DNA of 64,000 bases, from contig NZ_CP047901.1 in NCBI RefSeq assembly GCF_009936135.1, positions 152,984-216,983 on the forward strand. The letters are read 5' to 3'. Below the pieces are notes generated by a model. The model saw only the letters and a list, made by a program, of their open reading frames with translations, had not been told where the DNA came from and ran no database searches. This stretch comes from Candidatus Chazhemtobacterium aquaticus (GTDB taxonomy: Bacteria > Patescibacteriota > Microgenomatia > UBA1400 > Chazhemtobacteraceae). The position numbers were made by a program, and so were the translations under genes. This document shows positions 29,085 through 37,968 of the stretch, piece after piece. Each line of letters starts with the position of its first letter. Position 1 is the first letter of the stretch.

Positions 29085-30947
29085 TTATATCCCCACCACC
29101 CACACCTCACCCTCAATTACCACCATCAATCTACCTCTCTCTTCATCAAAATCTACCCCCCCTGCCCTACCAAAACCCTCCCAAACCAATTTCTGTAAGT
29201 AATCTCCACTCTCTCTATCAAACTCAACCACCGCCCCCATCTCTCTATCCCAAACCCACACCCTGCCTCTCTCCTCGCTTACCATTATCTTTTCAGGCTT
29301 CTGCCACTCCTCAACTGGCTTTAATTCATAATCAACTACTAAGCCTTGGTTTAATCTCACCACCTCCCCATTACTCGCCAACAACCACACCTCTCCATCA
29401 ATGGCCATATCCACCACTCCACTCATATCCACCACCACACCAGGCGACAAAAATCGCCTTCTCTTACCATAACCTTCCCCCGTTCCTGGAAACCTAAACA
29501 AGTCATCCCCAGCCACCACATACGCATTAATCCCATATCCCTCCACCAACCTACCTACAACTCCTTCCATATCAAGCCTTGCTGTCTCTTCTCCTTCTTC
29601 GCTCACCACCACCACGTCACTCCCGTTTAGAGCCAAAATCTCTTCATCTGCCCCCGCAATATCCACCACCCCACTTAAGCTCTCACCCCCAGCCACCACC
29701 TCACCACTTTTGTCACTCAAGCTTACTCTCACCACCACTCTCTCATCCTCACCCCACAAATACATCCACTCATCCCGAACATCCACTCCTTCCATCCTTA
29801 GTCCCTCCTTAAACACTCCAGCATCCAACCACATCTGCCCCTCTGTCCTCACCTCACCACTCACCTCCCACCACACCTCATCGACTCTCTTGGCCAACTC
29901 CGCCCACTCTTCACTCAACCTACCTTCTACAAATCTATCTCCCTGACTCACTATCTCTTCTTTTGCCTCTATAACCAAACTCCTCGATCTCACCGCGTTC
30001 ACACTCTTAAGTCTCACCGCTTCCTCCAGCGCATACTCAATCGGTTCGCTCACCCCCTCAAACTCCTCACGTTCCTTCATCACCGATCTTCTTCCAGCTC
30101 CAACCACCACACTTACTAAAAATATCACCAAAAACACACTCCCCAATACCATCGCCCACCGTCTCTTTCCACTCTCTTCACTTCGCAGCGTAATTCCTCT
30201 ACCACCCAATCCCAACTTTCTCTTTAATCTAGCTAAACCTCTCTTCCAACCAGGTTCTTCATTAACTACCATCACCTGTGCTTTTGATGGCTCTATCCCA
30301 CTTATCTCAGGCTCAACCAACTCAATAATGCCCTCTTGCTCATTATCAACAACCTCCTCAACTAACTTAATTCTTTTTACCTTTACCACCAACCCTGCCA
30401 CCTTAGCTCCATCCTCCATCTCTCCCATCTTAGCCACCATCTCAACCTCACTCGCCCCCTCACTCCAAATACCATTCACAAATTCCTCACTCCCTATCAC
30501 CACTTCATCCTCTTCCAACAACCAGCCAGACACCGCTTCTCCACCTCCCCAAACCTCCACTCTCTCCCCTCCTCTCACTAACACCACCTTCATACCTCCC
30601 CAACCTCCTATATACACTCCTCGCTTCCCCTCATCATCAACCAATACCTGACCCACCACTACGCTTCCAATATCTCCTATCTCACTTCTTAACCTGTCCA
30701 CTTGTTCAACCACCCACTCCCATCCTTCTTTTTCACCCAACACAAAACTCTCCACCACCTCCTCCATCAATCCTCTCCCCTTCTCTTTTACTCCCCCCTC
30801 GCCACTCATCACCTCCTCCAAACTCATTACCACCAACATCGCCCGACCCTTCTCACCACCACTCTCCCAACGCACCTGAGACCAAACCTCATCACTAGCA
30901 CCACCCACCACCTGCTTCCACTCAATTCCCAGTCTCTTATCTCTCAT
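29085..30947 (-). CDS. hypothetical Gly/Val/Glu-rich membrane-anchored protein
   Basis: 620-aa ORF with one central TM (AMVLGSVFLVIFLVSVVVGAG). Its composition is driven by the G/T-rich coding strand. It is far longer than any antisense ORF. Confidence 0.4.
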   Translation of the reverse strand: MRDKRLGIEWKQVVGGASDEVWSQVRWESGGEKGRAMLVVMSLEEVMSGEGGVKEKGRGLMEEVVESFVLGEKEGWEWVVEQVDRLRSEIGDIGSVVVGQVLVDDEGKRGVYIGGWGGMKVVLVRGGERVEVWGGGEAVSGWLLEEDEVVIGSEEFVNGIWSEGASEVEMVAKMGEMEDGAKVAGLVVKVKRIKLVEEVVDNEQEGIIELVEPEISGIEPSKAQVMVVNEEPGWKRGLARLKRKLGLGGRGITLRSEESGKRRWAMVLGSVFLVIFLVSVVVGAGRRSVMKEREEFEGVSEPIEYALEEAVRLKSVNAVRSRSLVIEAKEEIVSQGDRFVEGRLSEEWAELAKRVDEVWWEVSGEVRTEGQMWLDAGVFKEGLRMEGVDVRDEWMYLWGEDERVVVRVSLSDKSGEVVAGGESLSGVVDIAGADEEILALNGSDVVVVSEEGEETARLDMEGVVGRLVEGYGINAYVVAGDDLFRFPGTGEGYGKRRRFLSPGVVVDMSGVVDMAIDGEVWLLASNGEVVRLNQGLVVDYELKPVEEWQKPEKIMVSEERGRVWVWDREMGAVVEFDRESGDYLQKLVWEGFGRAGGVDFDEERGRLMVVIEGEVWVVGI

Positions 30948-31001
30948 ACCTCTATATTAACAAGCCCGCCCTAATCAAACTAATCCCAATCCTCCAAAAG
31001 G

Positions 31002-31232
31002 TTAAAGTGTTCCCATCGCCCAAATCAATCCTACAGCTGCTCCAGCCATTAATCCTAAACCCATCACCTTCAAAGGCACTTCCAACACTCCATTTAAGGT
31101 TCTCGCCATCAACACTATCTGTCTCCACACAATCACTGAAAAAATCAAATACACTCCAAAGGCTGCCAAGTAAAACCACTTTACCAGTATCCAAATCTGT
31201 CCTGTCTCTCCTGTTATTTCTCCTAAGTCCAT
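31002..31232 (-). CDS. small two-TM membrane protein
   Basis: 76-aa ORF. Confidence 0.25.
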   Translation of the reverse strand: MDLGEITGETGQIWILVKWFYLAAFGVYLIFSVIVWRQIVLMARTLNGVLEVPLKVMGLGLMAGAAVGLIWAMGTL

Positions 31233-31271
31233 TTTTTACTCAACTTAATAATTTATACATCTTCCATCCAC

Positions 31272-31922
31272 CTATTTTAATCTACCTTCTAACTCCTCTT
31301 GTTGCTCCTCCTGCTGAAGCATATACAGAATCTCCACCACTCTTCCCGGATTTGGCACTCTCAAGAAATCAAACTCTCTCTGCTCTGCCGCCGTCTGAAT
31401 AAACACATCACCATAATTAAAAATGGCTGCCATACCCCCAGTCTGCACAAAGTTAACATCTTGTACATTAGCAATCTGTGTTACCGCCAAGTTCCTATGA
31501 ATCAGCCCGTGAAAATCAATATCCACTACTCGTTCATCAGTCACTATATACACATTAAAGTACCAATTTAAGAACTTCTCCAATACGTAAGCCAACACCA
31601 ATAAATACCACAGCACTGCGGTTGCCAATTGAAACCTCACCGGCAACCATGAAAACGGCAAATACTCCCAAAACGCTGGCATCAAGGCCATTCCCACTGC
31701 TACCACTATCCAACCTAAATTAACCACTGGATGCTGTCTCAACAATAGAATAATTTTCTCGTCTGGCTCCTGGGTCTCAAACCGCAAGTTAGGAGGAGTA
31801 ACAGCGAAAGCACTCCATACAGCACTATCTCTCTTCTTTGACAACTCCTCAAACACCGGACTATACCGACCCCCTCGTCTTCTTCCTTCACCTTTTTTCT
31901 TTGCGTCAAATACCTGAGGCAT
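31272..31922 (-). CDS. membrane-flanked bacterial PH domain protein (bPH_2 / YdbT-like)
   Basis: Two TM helices followed by ...YIVTDERVVDIDFHGLIHRNLAVTQIANVQDVNFVQTGGMAAIFNYGDVFIQTAA, typical of DUF304/bPH_2. Confidence 0.5.
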   Translation of the reverse strand: MPQVFDAKKKGEGRRRGGRYSPVFEELSKKRDSAVWSAFAVTPPNLRFETQEPDEKIILLLRQHPVVNLGWIVVAVGMALMPAFWEYLPFSWLPVRFQLATAVLWYLLVLAYVLEKFLNWYFNVYIVTDERVVDIDFHGLIHRNLAVTQIANVQDVNFVQTGGMAAIFNYGDVFIQTAAEQREFDFLRVPNPGRVVEILYMLQQEEQQEELEGRLK

Positions 31923-31940
31923 ATACTTAATTGTACCTCA

Positions 31941-33695
31941 TCACTTACTCTCAATATTAAACAAACCGCTCTTCACCGCTACCCTACCCGGCGCCCTCAA
32001 GTTAAACGCCTTGTAAAACTCCTCTCCCTTAATTGATATCGATCCCTTATCCGTCTGAAAATTAACCGAGTCAGTCACCCCATCATCTCGGTAAGTCACA
32101 CTCACCCCAGTCACTCTTCCATACCCACCCTTACTCTTAAGCTCAGATATTGAATACGGATTACCTCCCCAACAAGATCCAATTGGAGTCACCCGGTCAT
32201 CACTTTCACCTCTCTGATAAACCACTACCCAAGCATTAATAATGTCAGCCATCTCCTCTCCCGACAGCCATGGATTATCTCTTCCGCACATATCACCACT
32301 TCTACTCTTGTACCAAGCCTTGTAAAACCACGGACTGCCCGCCCTACTCTCCCATGCATTTGACGTCCAACCACTCCTTCCTCCCTCAGCATCCCAAAAC
32401 CCCGGCGTTGTGTGACCCAATGTCTGATAAGACTCCTGATATCCTCCTGACGTGCTGGCATACCATGCACTAATAATCTCCCCCGTATTGTTACTCACCA
32501 AAATCTTGCCCTTAGTATTATTCACTGCCTCCCCCCACTTAGCGTCCCCCACCTTGCTTGATCGATAGACCTGACAACTCTCTGTTGTACAAATCGAACC
32601 AGACGCTGATCTGTTTCCCATCCGCCACCCCACATATGACAACGCATAGCTTCTTGCCGCAATCGCCTGTGCCTCTAACGCCGCCATCCCTCCTTTATCC
32701 GCCCAAGAAGAGGGCATCTCTGAAATTCCTCTCATATAATTATCCTCAAAAGGCAAGCTCCCAACCGAGGTATTGATCGAAAAACTTGTATCAACCGTCT
32801 CAATCCTTACATTCCCGTAATAAGCCTTTAAAATCTCTTCCGCTGATTGTCCAGCCTTAGCCCTCCCATAGGCTCCATACTGACTCATTCCCTTAAAATG
32901 GGGCGCTCCAAAAGAAAATACTGCAAAACTTCCTCCAGGAGCTGAATTCCGAAAACCCTCTATTGAAGCGTTGTAATCATCCGCCAACGGCACATCACCT
33001 ACGGTCGTACTAAACGTCTCTGCCTTTGCTGACAAAACCGATTGTTGTAAAGCTGACAAACTCGCAATCTTACCCTCCAAACTCTTCTGATACTCCTTCG
33101 CCCCCGCAATCTCTTTCTTAAAGAAATCCGCCTCCTTATCCAAACTCGCTTGCAACCCCGACAACCTCGTTTTACTTGCCTCCAAATCAGCCCTATCAGA
33201 CTCGAGCCCTGCAATCTCCTCCGCTAATGATGCAATCATCACCCTGTCCTGATTCACTGCCACCTCCCGATAACCCAACTCTTGCTGCAACTCACCACTC
33301 CCCACCGCCAACAACCACTCTACTGCTCCTGAAGAAGTCCTCATCCTCTTGTAATATCCTTTTGTTTTCTCAGCCAACAGCAGGTACTGAACCGCCAAAT
33401 CTTTCTCCCTATCCTCTATCTCATCCGCTAAATCATCCAGCCTATCTTCCGCAGCTCCAATCTGCCTCTGAATTGAAGCAATCTCTCTCTCCAACCTATT
33501 TACTTCAGACTCTAGTGGTGCCGTCGCTGCCTTGCTATCTGCCAAGGCTTTAGACAAGTCGGTAATCTGCCTGCCTAAACATTCATACAGCGGCTCACCT
33601 CCCAAACCCTCACAATTTGTTTCTGCCACCACCGGCTTCGTCAACCAACCCAGCAAACCCACCAATAGCAACACTAGTATTACTCTCCATCTCAT
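31941..33695 (-). CDS. SpoIID/LytB-domain peptidoglycan-modifying protein with N-terminal signal peptide and coiled coil
   Basis: Signal peptide MRWRVILVLLLVGLLGWLTKPVVA. Long coiled-coil region. SpoIID-like core ...AALEAQAIAARSYALSY...AWYASTSGGYQESY. Confidence 0.6.
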   Translation of the reverse strand: MRWRVILVLLLVGLLGWLTKPVVAETNCEGLGGEPLYECLGRQITDLSKALADSKAATAPLESEVNRLEREIASIQRQIGAAEDRLDDLADEIEDREKDLAVQYLLLAEKTKGYYKRMRTSSGAVEWLLAVGSGELQQELGYREVAVNQDRVMIASLAEEIAGLESDRADLEASKTRLSGLQASLDKEADFFKKEIAGAKEYQKSLEGKIASLSALQQSVLSAKAETFSTTVGDVPLADDYNASIEGFRNSAPGGSFAVFSFGAPHFKGMSQYGAYGRAKAGQSAEEILKAYYGNVRIETVDTSFSINTSVGSLPFEDNYMRGISEMPSSWADKGGMAALEAQAIAARSYALSYVGWRMGNRSASGSICTTESCQVYRSSKVGDAKWGEAVNNTKGKILVSNNTGEIISAWYASTSGGYQESYQTLGHTTPGFWDAEGGRSGWTSNAWESRAGSPWFYKAWYKSRSGDMCGRDNPWLSGEEMADIINAWVVVYQRGESDDRVTPIGSCWGGNPYSISELKSKGGYGRVTGVSVTYRDDGVTDSVNFQTDKGSISIKGEEFYKAFNLRAPGRVAVKSGLFNIESK

Positions 33696-33770
33696 TACCT
33701 ACTATAATAACGCATCCAGGCCTACTCTTCCTTCTTTTACCAATGCTATCATCAAACTATACACTCAACC

Positions 33771-34154
33771 ATGAAAAAACTTTACTTTAATCTTCTCACC
33801 CTTATCACTACATCTCTTCTTTTTCCCTCATCAGTTCTCGCTCAAAACCCTGGCGATCTGTTCTGTAACGATAGCTCCGGCATCGCCACTGCTATCGGCT
33901 GTGTCTCACTTGAGCCTGGTGACTTTGCCGGAGACATCCTAAGATTCTCTGTTGGCATTGGTGGTGGTATTGCCCTCCTTCTCCTTCTTTACGGTTTTAC
34001 CCTACTCACCATGTCAGCTGGATCGCCCGACAAAGTCAACGCTGCTAAAGAAATCATCACCTCCGCCATCGGTGGTCTTATTTTTGTCACCATGGCCACT
34101 GTCCTCATGGGTTTTATCGGTATCAACATTCTTAATCTACCCGGCCTTAATTAA
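33771..34154 (+). CDS. VirB2/TrbC-like pilin paralogue P1 (Sec signal peptide plus two hydrophobic helices)
   Basis: Signal peptide ...SSVLA|QNPGD. Mature part has helix 1 (SVGIGGGIALLLLLYGFTLLTM), a polar loop (SAGSPDKVNAAKE), helix 2 (IITSAIGGLIFVTMATVLMGFIGI) and a GINILNLPGLN tail. It is a paralogue of the nine downstream genes. Confidence 0.55.
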   Translation: MKKLYFNLLTLITTSLLFPSSVLAQNPGDLFCNDSSGIATAIGCVSLEPGDFAGDILRFSVGIGGGIALLLLLYGFTLLTMSAGSPDKVNAAKEIITSAIGGLIFVTMATVLMGFIGINILNLPGLN

Positions 34155-34158
34155 TAAA

Positions 34159-35310
34159 ATGCGTACAACAATCTTCCTTTTCATCTTCCTCACAAACCTC
34201 TTTCTTTTCTCCGCTTCCCCCGCTCAAGCCGAATGTTGCGCCGCCAGCAGTTCTACATGCACCGGACCCTTCACCTGCGAAGGAGGCGAACTTATCTGTA
34301 CCACCTCTGCCGAATGCCCTCGCGATCCTTCCTGTTTTGACAGTGGCCAACCTTGCAACTCACTAAAGCCCTGCTGCGAAGAGGGTTTTGCCTGTTCTCC
34401 AACTACTTCAACCTGTCTGTCAACCGCTGCCCCCACCCCAGGCCCAGAACCAAGACCTATTGAGTGTGCACTCGCCCACATCGGCGCCGGCAGGGGAGGC
34501 CAAAACTGGGACGTCACTTACTGTGTCGCCGCCGACACTATTGAGGACCTCCATCGCGTCGCCCAAATCACCGGCATCTGCCGCCGCGGCGCCACCAGCA
34601 TTCTCGGCCAGTATGTCAACAACTGCTCTTGTCATGACGACGATTGGTACGACAACCCGCTCACTGCCGTGGGGGCTCGAGCGGTCTGCTGTGTCGCCGG
34701 ACTAGGTCGCTGCCCGTCAGCTGTTCGCACTACCCAAAGTGTCTCCGGCCAATTCCCCACTCTTTTTGACCCAAACACCAACCGCTACTACACCTGTTTC
34801 ACTCTCCAAGGCATTGATCGAAACGTTGGTATCATGGAAGTTCAGATCAAAGACGCCGATGGGCAACAAGTCTGTAGTGTTCCTCGCGTCACCGTCGCTC
34901 CGGGCAACTACAGCTGGTGGGAATACTTTGACAACACCCTTGAAACCCGCTTCGACACCTCTCTGCCTTTCTACGAAGACCCCACCGAACAAGATCGCTA
35001 CGATCTCACCTGTAGTACTGTCACTGGCAAGCGCGGCATCAACACCGCCATTGGCTGCATTGCCGTCAAACCAGTCGAATTTACTCAAGATTTCCTCACT
35101 GTCAGTATAGGCATTGGTGGTGGTATAGCTCTTTTACTGCTTCTCTATGCCACTGCTCTTATTACCCTTTCTCAAGGCAATCCTCAAAAAATCCAGTCGG
35201 GACAACAAATCATCGCCGCCGTCATCCAAGGCCTCATCCTCATTACCCTCTCAGTAGTTATGCTTAACTTCCTTGGTATTAACATTCTCAACCTCCCTGG
35301 TTTACAATAA
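34159..35310 (+). CDS. pilin-fusion P2: signal peptide, ~290-aa cysteine-rich extracellular domain, C-terminal VirB2-like pilin module
   Basis: The true start is the ATG at 34159 (MRTTIFLFIFLTNLFLFSASPAQA|ECC...). The ORF-track start at 33952 overlaps P1 in another frame. The mature N-domain has ~30 Cys (ECCAASSSTCTGPFTCEGGELICTTSAECPRDPSCF...). The C-terminal ~90 aa (GINTAIGCIAVKPVEF...SIGIGGGIALLLLLYATALITL...GINILNLPGLQ) is near-identical in pattern to P1. Confidence 0.55.
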   Translation: MRTTIFLFIFLTNLFLFSASPAQAECCAASSSTCTGPFTCEGGELICTTSAECPRDPSCFDSGQPCNSLKPCCEEGFACSPTTSTCLSTAAPTPGPEPRPIECALAHIGAGRGGQNWDVTYCVAADTIEDLHRVAQITGICRRGATSILGQYVNNCSCHDDDWYDNPLTAVGARAVCCVAGLGRCPSAVRTTQSVSGQFPTLFDPNTNRYYTCFTLQGIDRNVGIMEVQIKDADGQQVCSVPRVTVAPGNYSWWEYFDNTLETRFDTSLPFYEDPTEQDRYDLTCSTVTGKRGINTAIGCIAVKPVEFTQDFLTVSIGIGGGIALLLLLYATALITLSQGNPQKIQSGQQIIAAVIQGLILITLSVVMLNFLGINILNLPGLQ

Positions 35311-35314
35311 AGCC

Positions 35315-35653
35315 ATGCTACTTGCTCAAGCTGACATTACCAATGTCCCTAACCCTGCCACCAACTTTACCGACCCCGCCACCTGGAATATTGCTGGCCT
35401 TCTTACTGGGGGTACTGGAAGTTTTAATCTTGTCAACCTAGCCTTCTTCCTCGTCGGCTTCGTCTTCTTCTCAAACCTAGTCATCGCCGCCGTCACCTAT
35501 ATTATGTCCGAAGGTTCTCCCGATAACGTCTCCAAAGCCAACTCGCGCTTCACCACTGGATTAATTGGCCTCATCGTTGTCTTTGCCAGCTTTGTTATAG
35601 TCCGTTTAGTTGCTGCTCTTTTCAGTCTTGATGCTAGCGTTCCAATAAACTAG
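35315..35653 (+). CDS. VirB2/TrbC-like pilin paralogue P3
   Basis: Two-helix hairpin ...LVNLAFFLVGFVFFSNLVIAAVTYIMSEGSPDNVSKANSRFTTGLIGLIVVFASFVIVRLVAALF. The start is uncertain, either 35273 or 35315. Confidence 0.45.
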   Translation: MLLAQADITNVPNPATNFTDPATWNIAGLLTGGTGSFNLVNLAFFLVGFVFFSNLVIAAVTYIMSEGSPDNVSKANSRFTTGLIGLIVVFASFVIVRLVAALFSLDASVPIN

Positions 35654-35662
35654 AAACAAAAC

Positions 35663-36061
35663 ATGAAAACAAAAAAACTTCTCATTCTTCCACTAACCAC
35701 TCTCTTCTTTATCTCAAATCCCCATCTTGCCCACGCTCAACTCAATCCCTTTCAAACCAACCTTAAAGACATGTTTCCTGCTGCCCAAAACCTTCCCAAT
35801 CCAGGCAGTGGTGGCGTTCTCTCTACTTTCCTCAACCCAATCGTTAGTTTCGTTCCCATCGTCACTGGCATTCTCTCCTTCATTATTATCATCATTGCCG
35901 GCATCAAATATATAAGTCACGCAGGCAATGCCCAAGAAACCAAAAAAGTCAACGATATGATAACATACGCCTTAGTAGGACTGGCCTTGTCAGCCATCGC
36001 TTTCTGGATCACCCGCCTTCTCTTTATGGTCGGCGCTGGTGACTCTCAAAACTTATTCTAA
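35663..36061 (+). CDS. VirB2/TrbC-like pilin paralogue P4
   Basis: Signal peptide ...NPHLAHA|QLN, followed by two hydrophobic helices separated by the loop HAGNAQETKKVNDM. Confidence 0.5.
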   Translation: MKTKKLLILPLTTLFFISNPHLAHAQLNPFQTNLKDMFPAAQNLPNPGSGGVLSTFLNPIVSFVPIVTGILSFIIIIIAGIKYISHAGNAQETKKVNDMITYALVGLALSAIAFWITRLLFMVGAGDSQNLF

Positions 36062-36063
36062 CC

Positions 36064-36435
36064 ATGAACCTAATCAAACTCCTTATACCCGTCGTTTACG
36101 CTCAAACCGATCCTATTGGCACCATTCAAGCTCCCGCCTCTATTGTTACTGGACCCAGCGATATCTACAAAATATTTAACTCAGTCGTTAATCTCTTAGT
36201 TGTCGTTGCTGGTATCTGGTTTCTTGTCCAAATCATTCTAGCCGGTTTCAACTACATCACCGGTGCTGGTGATAGCAATAAAACTGGCGAAGCCATGAAA
36301 AAAATCACCGACTCTGTCATTGGTCTTGTGGTTGTCGCCGCCGCCTTTATCATCACCTACATTGCTGGTGCTCTCTTTTTTGGCACAGGCTTTAACATCC
36401 TACAACCAACCATAAAAACCATTACTGATTTCTAA
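36064..36435 (+). CDS. VirB2/TrbC-like pilin paralogue P5
   Basis: Short leader MNLIKLLIPVVYA|QTD. Helix 1, then loop GAGDSNKTGEAMKKITDS, then helix 2. Confidence 0.55.
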   Translation: MNLIKLLIPVVYAQTDPIGTIQAPASIVTGPSDIYKIFNSVVNLLVVVAGIWFLVQIILAGFNYITGAGDSNKTGEAMKKITDSVIGLVVVAAAFIITYIAGALFFGTGFNILQPTIKTITDF

Positions 36436-36440
36436 TAATC

Positions 36441-36812
36441 ATGAATCTAGTCAAACTTTTCATCCCCCAAGCTCACGCTGCATTCACCCAAGGAGGTGAT
36501 ATTGTCGGCCCGGGATCTCATCAAAACATCAGCTCCGCTACTGCTGGCACCTCACTTGAAACCCTCATTAGCACTCTTCTTGGTGCACTCACTGCCATCG
36601 CTGGTTTAGGTTTCCTCATCTACTTCGTCATTGGCGGCATCAACTGGATCACCGCTGGTGGTGACCAACAAAAACATCAAAAGGCCACCAAACAGCTTAC
36701 CGACGCCGCCATAGGCCTTATCGTCGTCGTCGTCGCCTACGCTATCGCCGGTATTGTTGGCACAGTCCTTGAAGTTGATATATTAAATCCAGCCAGCCTA
36801 CTCGGCTTATAA
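36441..36812 (+). CDS. VirB2/TrbC-like pilin paralogue P6
   Basis: Leader MNLVKLFIPQAHA|AFT. Conserved core GGINWITAGGDQQKHQKATKQLTDAAIGLIVVVVAYAIAG. Confidence 0.55.
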   Translation: MNLVKLFIPQAHAAFTQGGDIVGPGSHQNISSATAGTSLETLISTLLGALTAIAGLGFLIYFVIGGINWITAGGDQQKHQKATKQLTDAAIGLIVVVVAYAIAGIVGTVLEVDILNPASLLGL

Positions 36813-36819
36813 CCACAAT

Positions 36820-37158
36820 ATGTTTATCAAATCCGCCTACGCTGCCATCTCCAACCCTGCCCTCCAAAATTTTGGTACCGACACTACTGGTGGAGCCGGT
36901 TTAGCTTTCTATGTTTCTCAGCTCTGGAAAACCCTCGTCGTCGTTGGCGGCCTCGCCTTCCTCCTTTACACCATTATTGGCGGAATCAACTGGGTCATTG
37001 CCGGAGGCGACAAAACCAAAGTCGAATCCGCTCAAAAACACCTCACCAACGGACTCACCGGCCTTATCGTTCTTGCCGCTTCTTACGCCATCATGGCCGT
37101 GGTCAGTGATGTTGTTGGTATCAATATTCTTAATATTGATTGGACCTTTGGCAACTAA
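36820..37158 (+). CDS. VirB2/TrbC-like pilin paralogue P7
   Basis: Leader MFIKSAYA|AIS. Core GGINWVIAGGDKTKVESAQKHLTNGLTGLIVLAASYAIMA. Confidence 0.55.
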   Translation: MFIKSAYAAISNPALQNFGTDTTGGAGLAFYVSQLWKTLVVVGGLAFLLYTIIGGINWVIAGGDKTKVESAQKHLTNGLTGLIVLAASYAIMAVVSDVVGINILNIDWTFGN

Positions 37159-37162
37159 AACC

Positions 37163-37477
37163 ATGAATATTATCAAACCCGTCTACGCTCAAACATCAGA
37201 TATTGATAGCCAAGTCACCGGCTTCTTTGCTTATAGCAACGTTGGTGATCTTGTCAGCACCCTCGTCACCACTGCCATTGTCGTTGGTGCCCTTGCCACC
37301 CTTATCTATCTCATCATAGGTGGTATCAACTGGATCACCTCAGCCGGAGATACCCAAAAAGTCGAATCCGCTCAAAAACACCTCACCAACGCCCTTATTG
37401 GCCTAGTAATTCTCGTCGCTGCCTATGCCATTTTCACTGTCGTTAAAGCTTTTCTTGGTATCGGTGATGAAATCTGA
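37163..37477 (+). CDS. VirB2/TrbC-like pilin paralogue P8
   Basis: The true start is the ATG at 37163 (MNIIKPVYA|QTSD). The ORF-track start at 36911 overlaps P7 in another frame. Core GGINWITSAGDTQKVESAQKHLTNALIGLVILVAAYAIF shares an identical ~34-nt stretch with P7. Confidence 0.55.
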   Translation: MNIIKPVYAQTSDIDSQVTGFFAYSNVGDLVSTLVTTAIVVGALATLIYLIIGGINWITSAGDTQKVESAQKHLTNALIGLVILVAAYAIFTVVKAFLGIGDEI

Positions 37478-37543
37478 CCCATTTGACAGGGTCAAACCCA
37501 TCTGAATATAATCAGCTTAACCATTAATTATCTTATCCAAAGC

Positions 37544-37888
37544 ATGAAACTACTTGAATCGCTTATCAAACCAGTACAAGCCCAGTCCGATCTTGGTGTT
37601 CCCGAACCAGATTACGCTGTTAGTAGCATTGGCAACCTTCTCTCTGGTCTAGTTAACGCCGCTATCGTTATCGGCGCTCTCGCCGCCTTCCTCTATCTCA
37701 TCCTTGGTGGCCTTCAATGGATCACCGCCGGTGGAGATAAAACCAAAACCGAAGAAGCTCAGAAAAAAATCACTAATGCCATTATCGGCTTAGTCATTAT
37801 TGCTGCTGCCTATGCCATCATCACCGTCGTTGTCCAATTCCTTGGAATCGGTGAAATCAGCAGTCTTTCTCTTCCTGCCATCGAATAA
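37544..37888 (+). CDS. VirB2/TrbC-like pilin paralogue P9
   Basis: Leader MKLLESLIKPVQA|QSD. Core GGLQWITAGGDKTKTEEAQKKITNAIIGLVIIAAAYAIIT. Confidence 0.55.
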   Translation: MKLLESLIKPVQAQSDLGVPEPDYAVSSIGNLLSGLVNAAIVIGALAAFLYLILGGLQWITAGGDKTKTEEAQKKITNAIIGLVIIAAAYAIITVVVQFLGIGEISSLSLPAIE

Positions 37889-37916
37889 CTTTATTTTCAA
37901 CAAAGTTAATCAAAAG

Positions 37917-37941
37917 AACCTTCCACCAGGAAGGTTTTTTT
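37917..37941 (+). terminator. Rho-independent terminator between pilin genes P9 and P10
   Basis: AACCTTCC-ACCA-GGAAGGTT forms a perfect 8-bp stem with a 4-nt loop, immediately followed by a T7 run, in the 80-bp gap after P9. Confidence 0.65.
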
Positions 37942-37968
37942 GTTATCCCGCCATGCTACAATCTGCTC

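Noticed and set aside
29579-30974. Multiple + strand ORFs (e.g. 29579..29812, 29710..29946, 30328..30651, 30702..30974) inside the 620-aa minus-strand gene
   Set aside because: Same reasoning as above: Pro/Ser/Thr low-complexity translations of the C-rich strand, much shorter than the uninterrupted 620-codon antisense frame.
33696-33770. Possible sigma-70 promoter (TTTACC … TATACA) upstream of P1
   Set aside because: The hexamer matches are weak (4/6 each) and unconvincing without transcript data.
33952-34158. Upstream 69-codon extension of the P2 ORF (ORF track start 33952). The same applies to the 36911 start of the P8 ORF.
   Set aside because: The extensions overlap the preceding pilin gene in another frame and encode low-complexity sequence. 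Clean ATG starts with signal or leader peptides exist at 34159 and 37163 right after the upstream stops.
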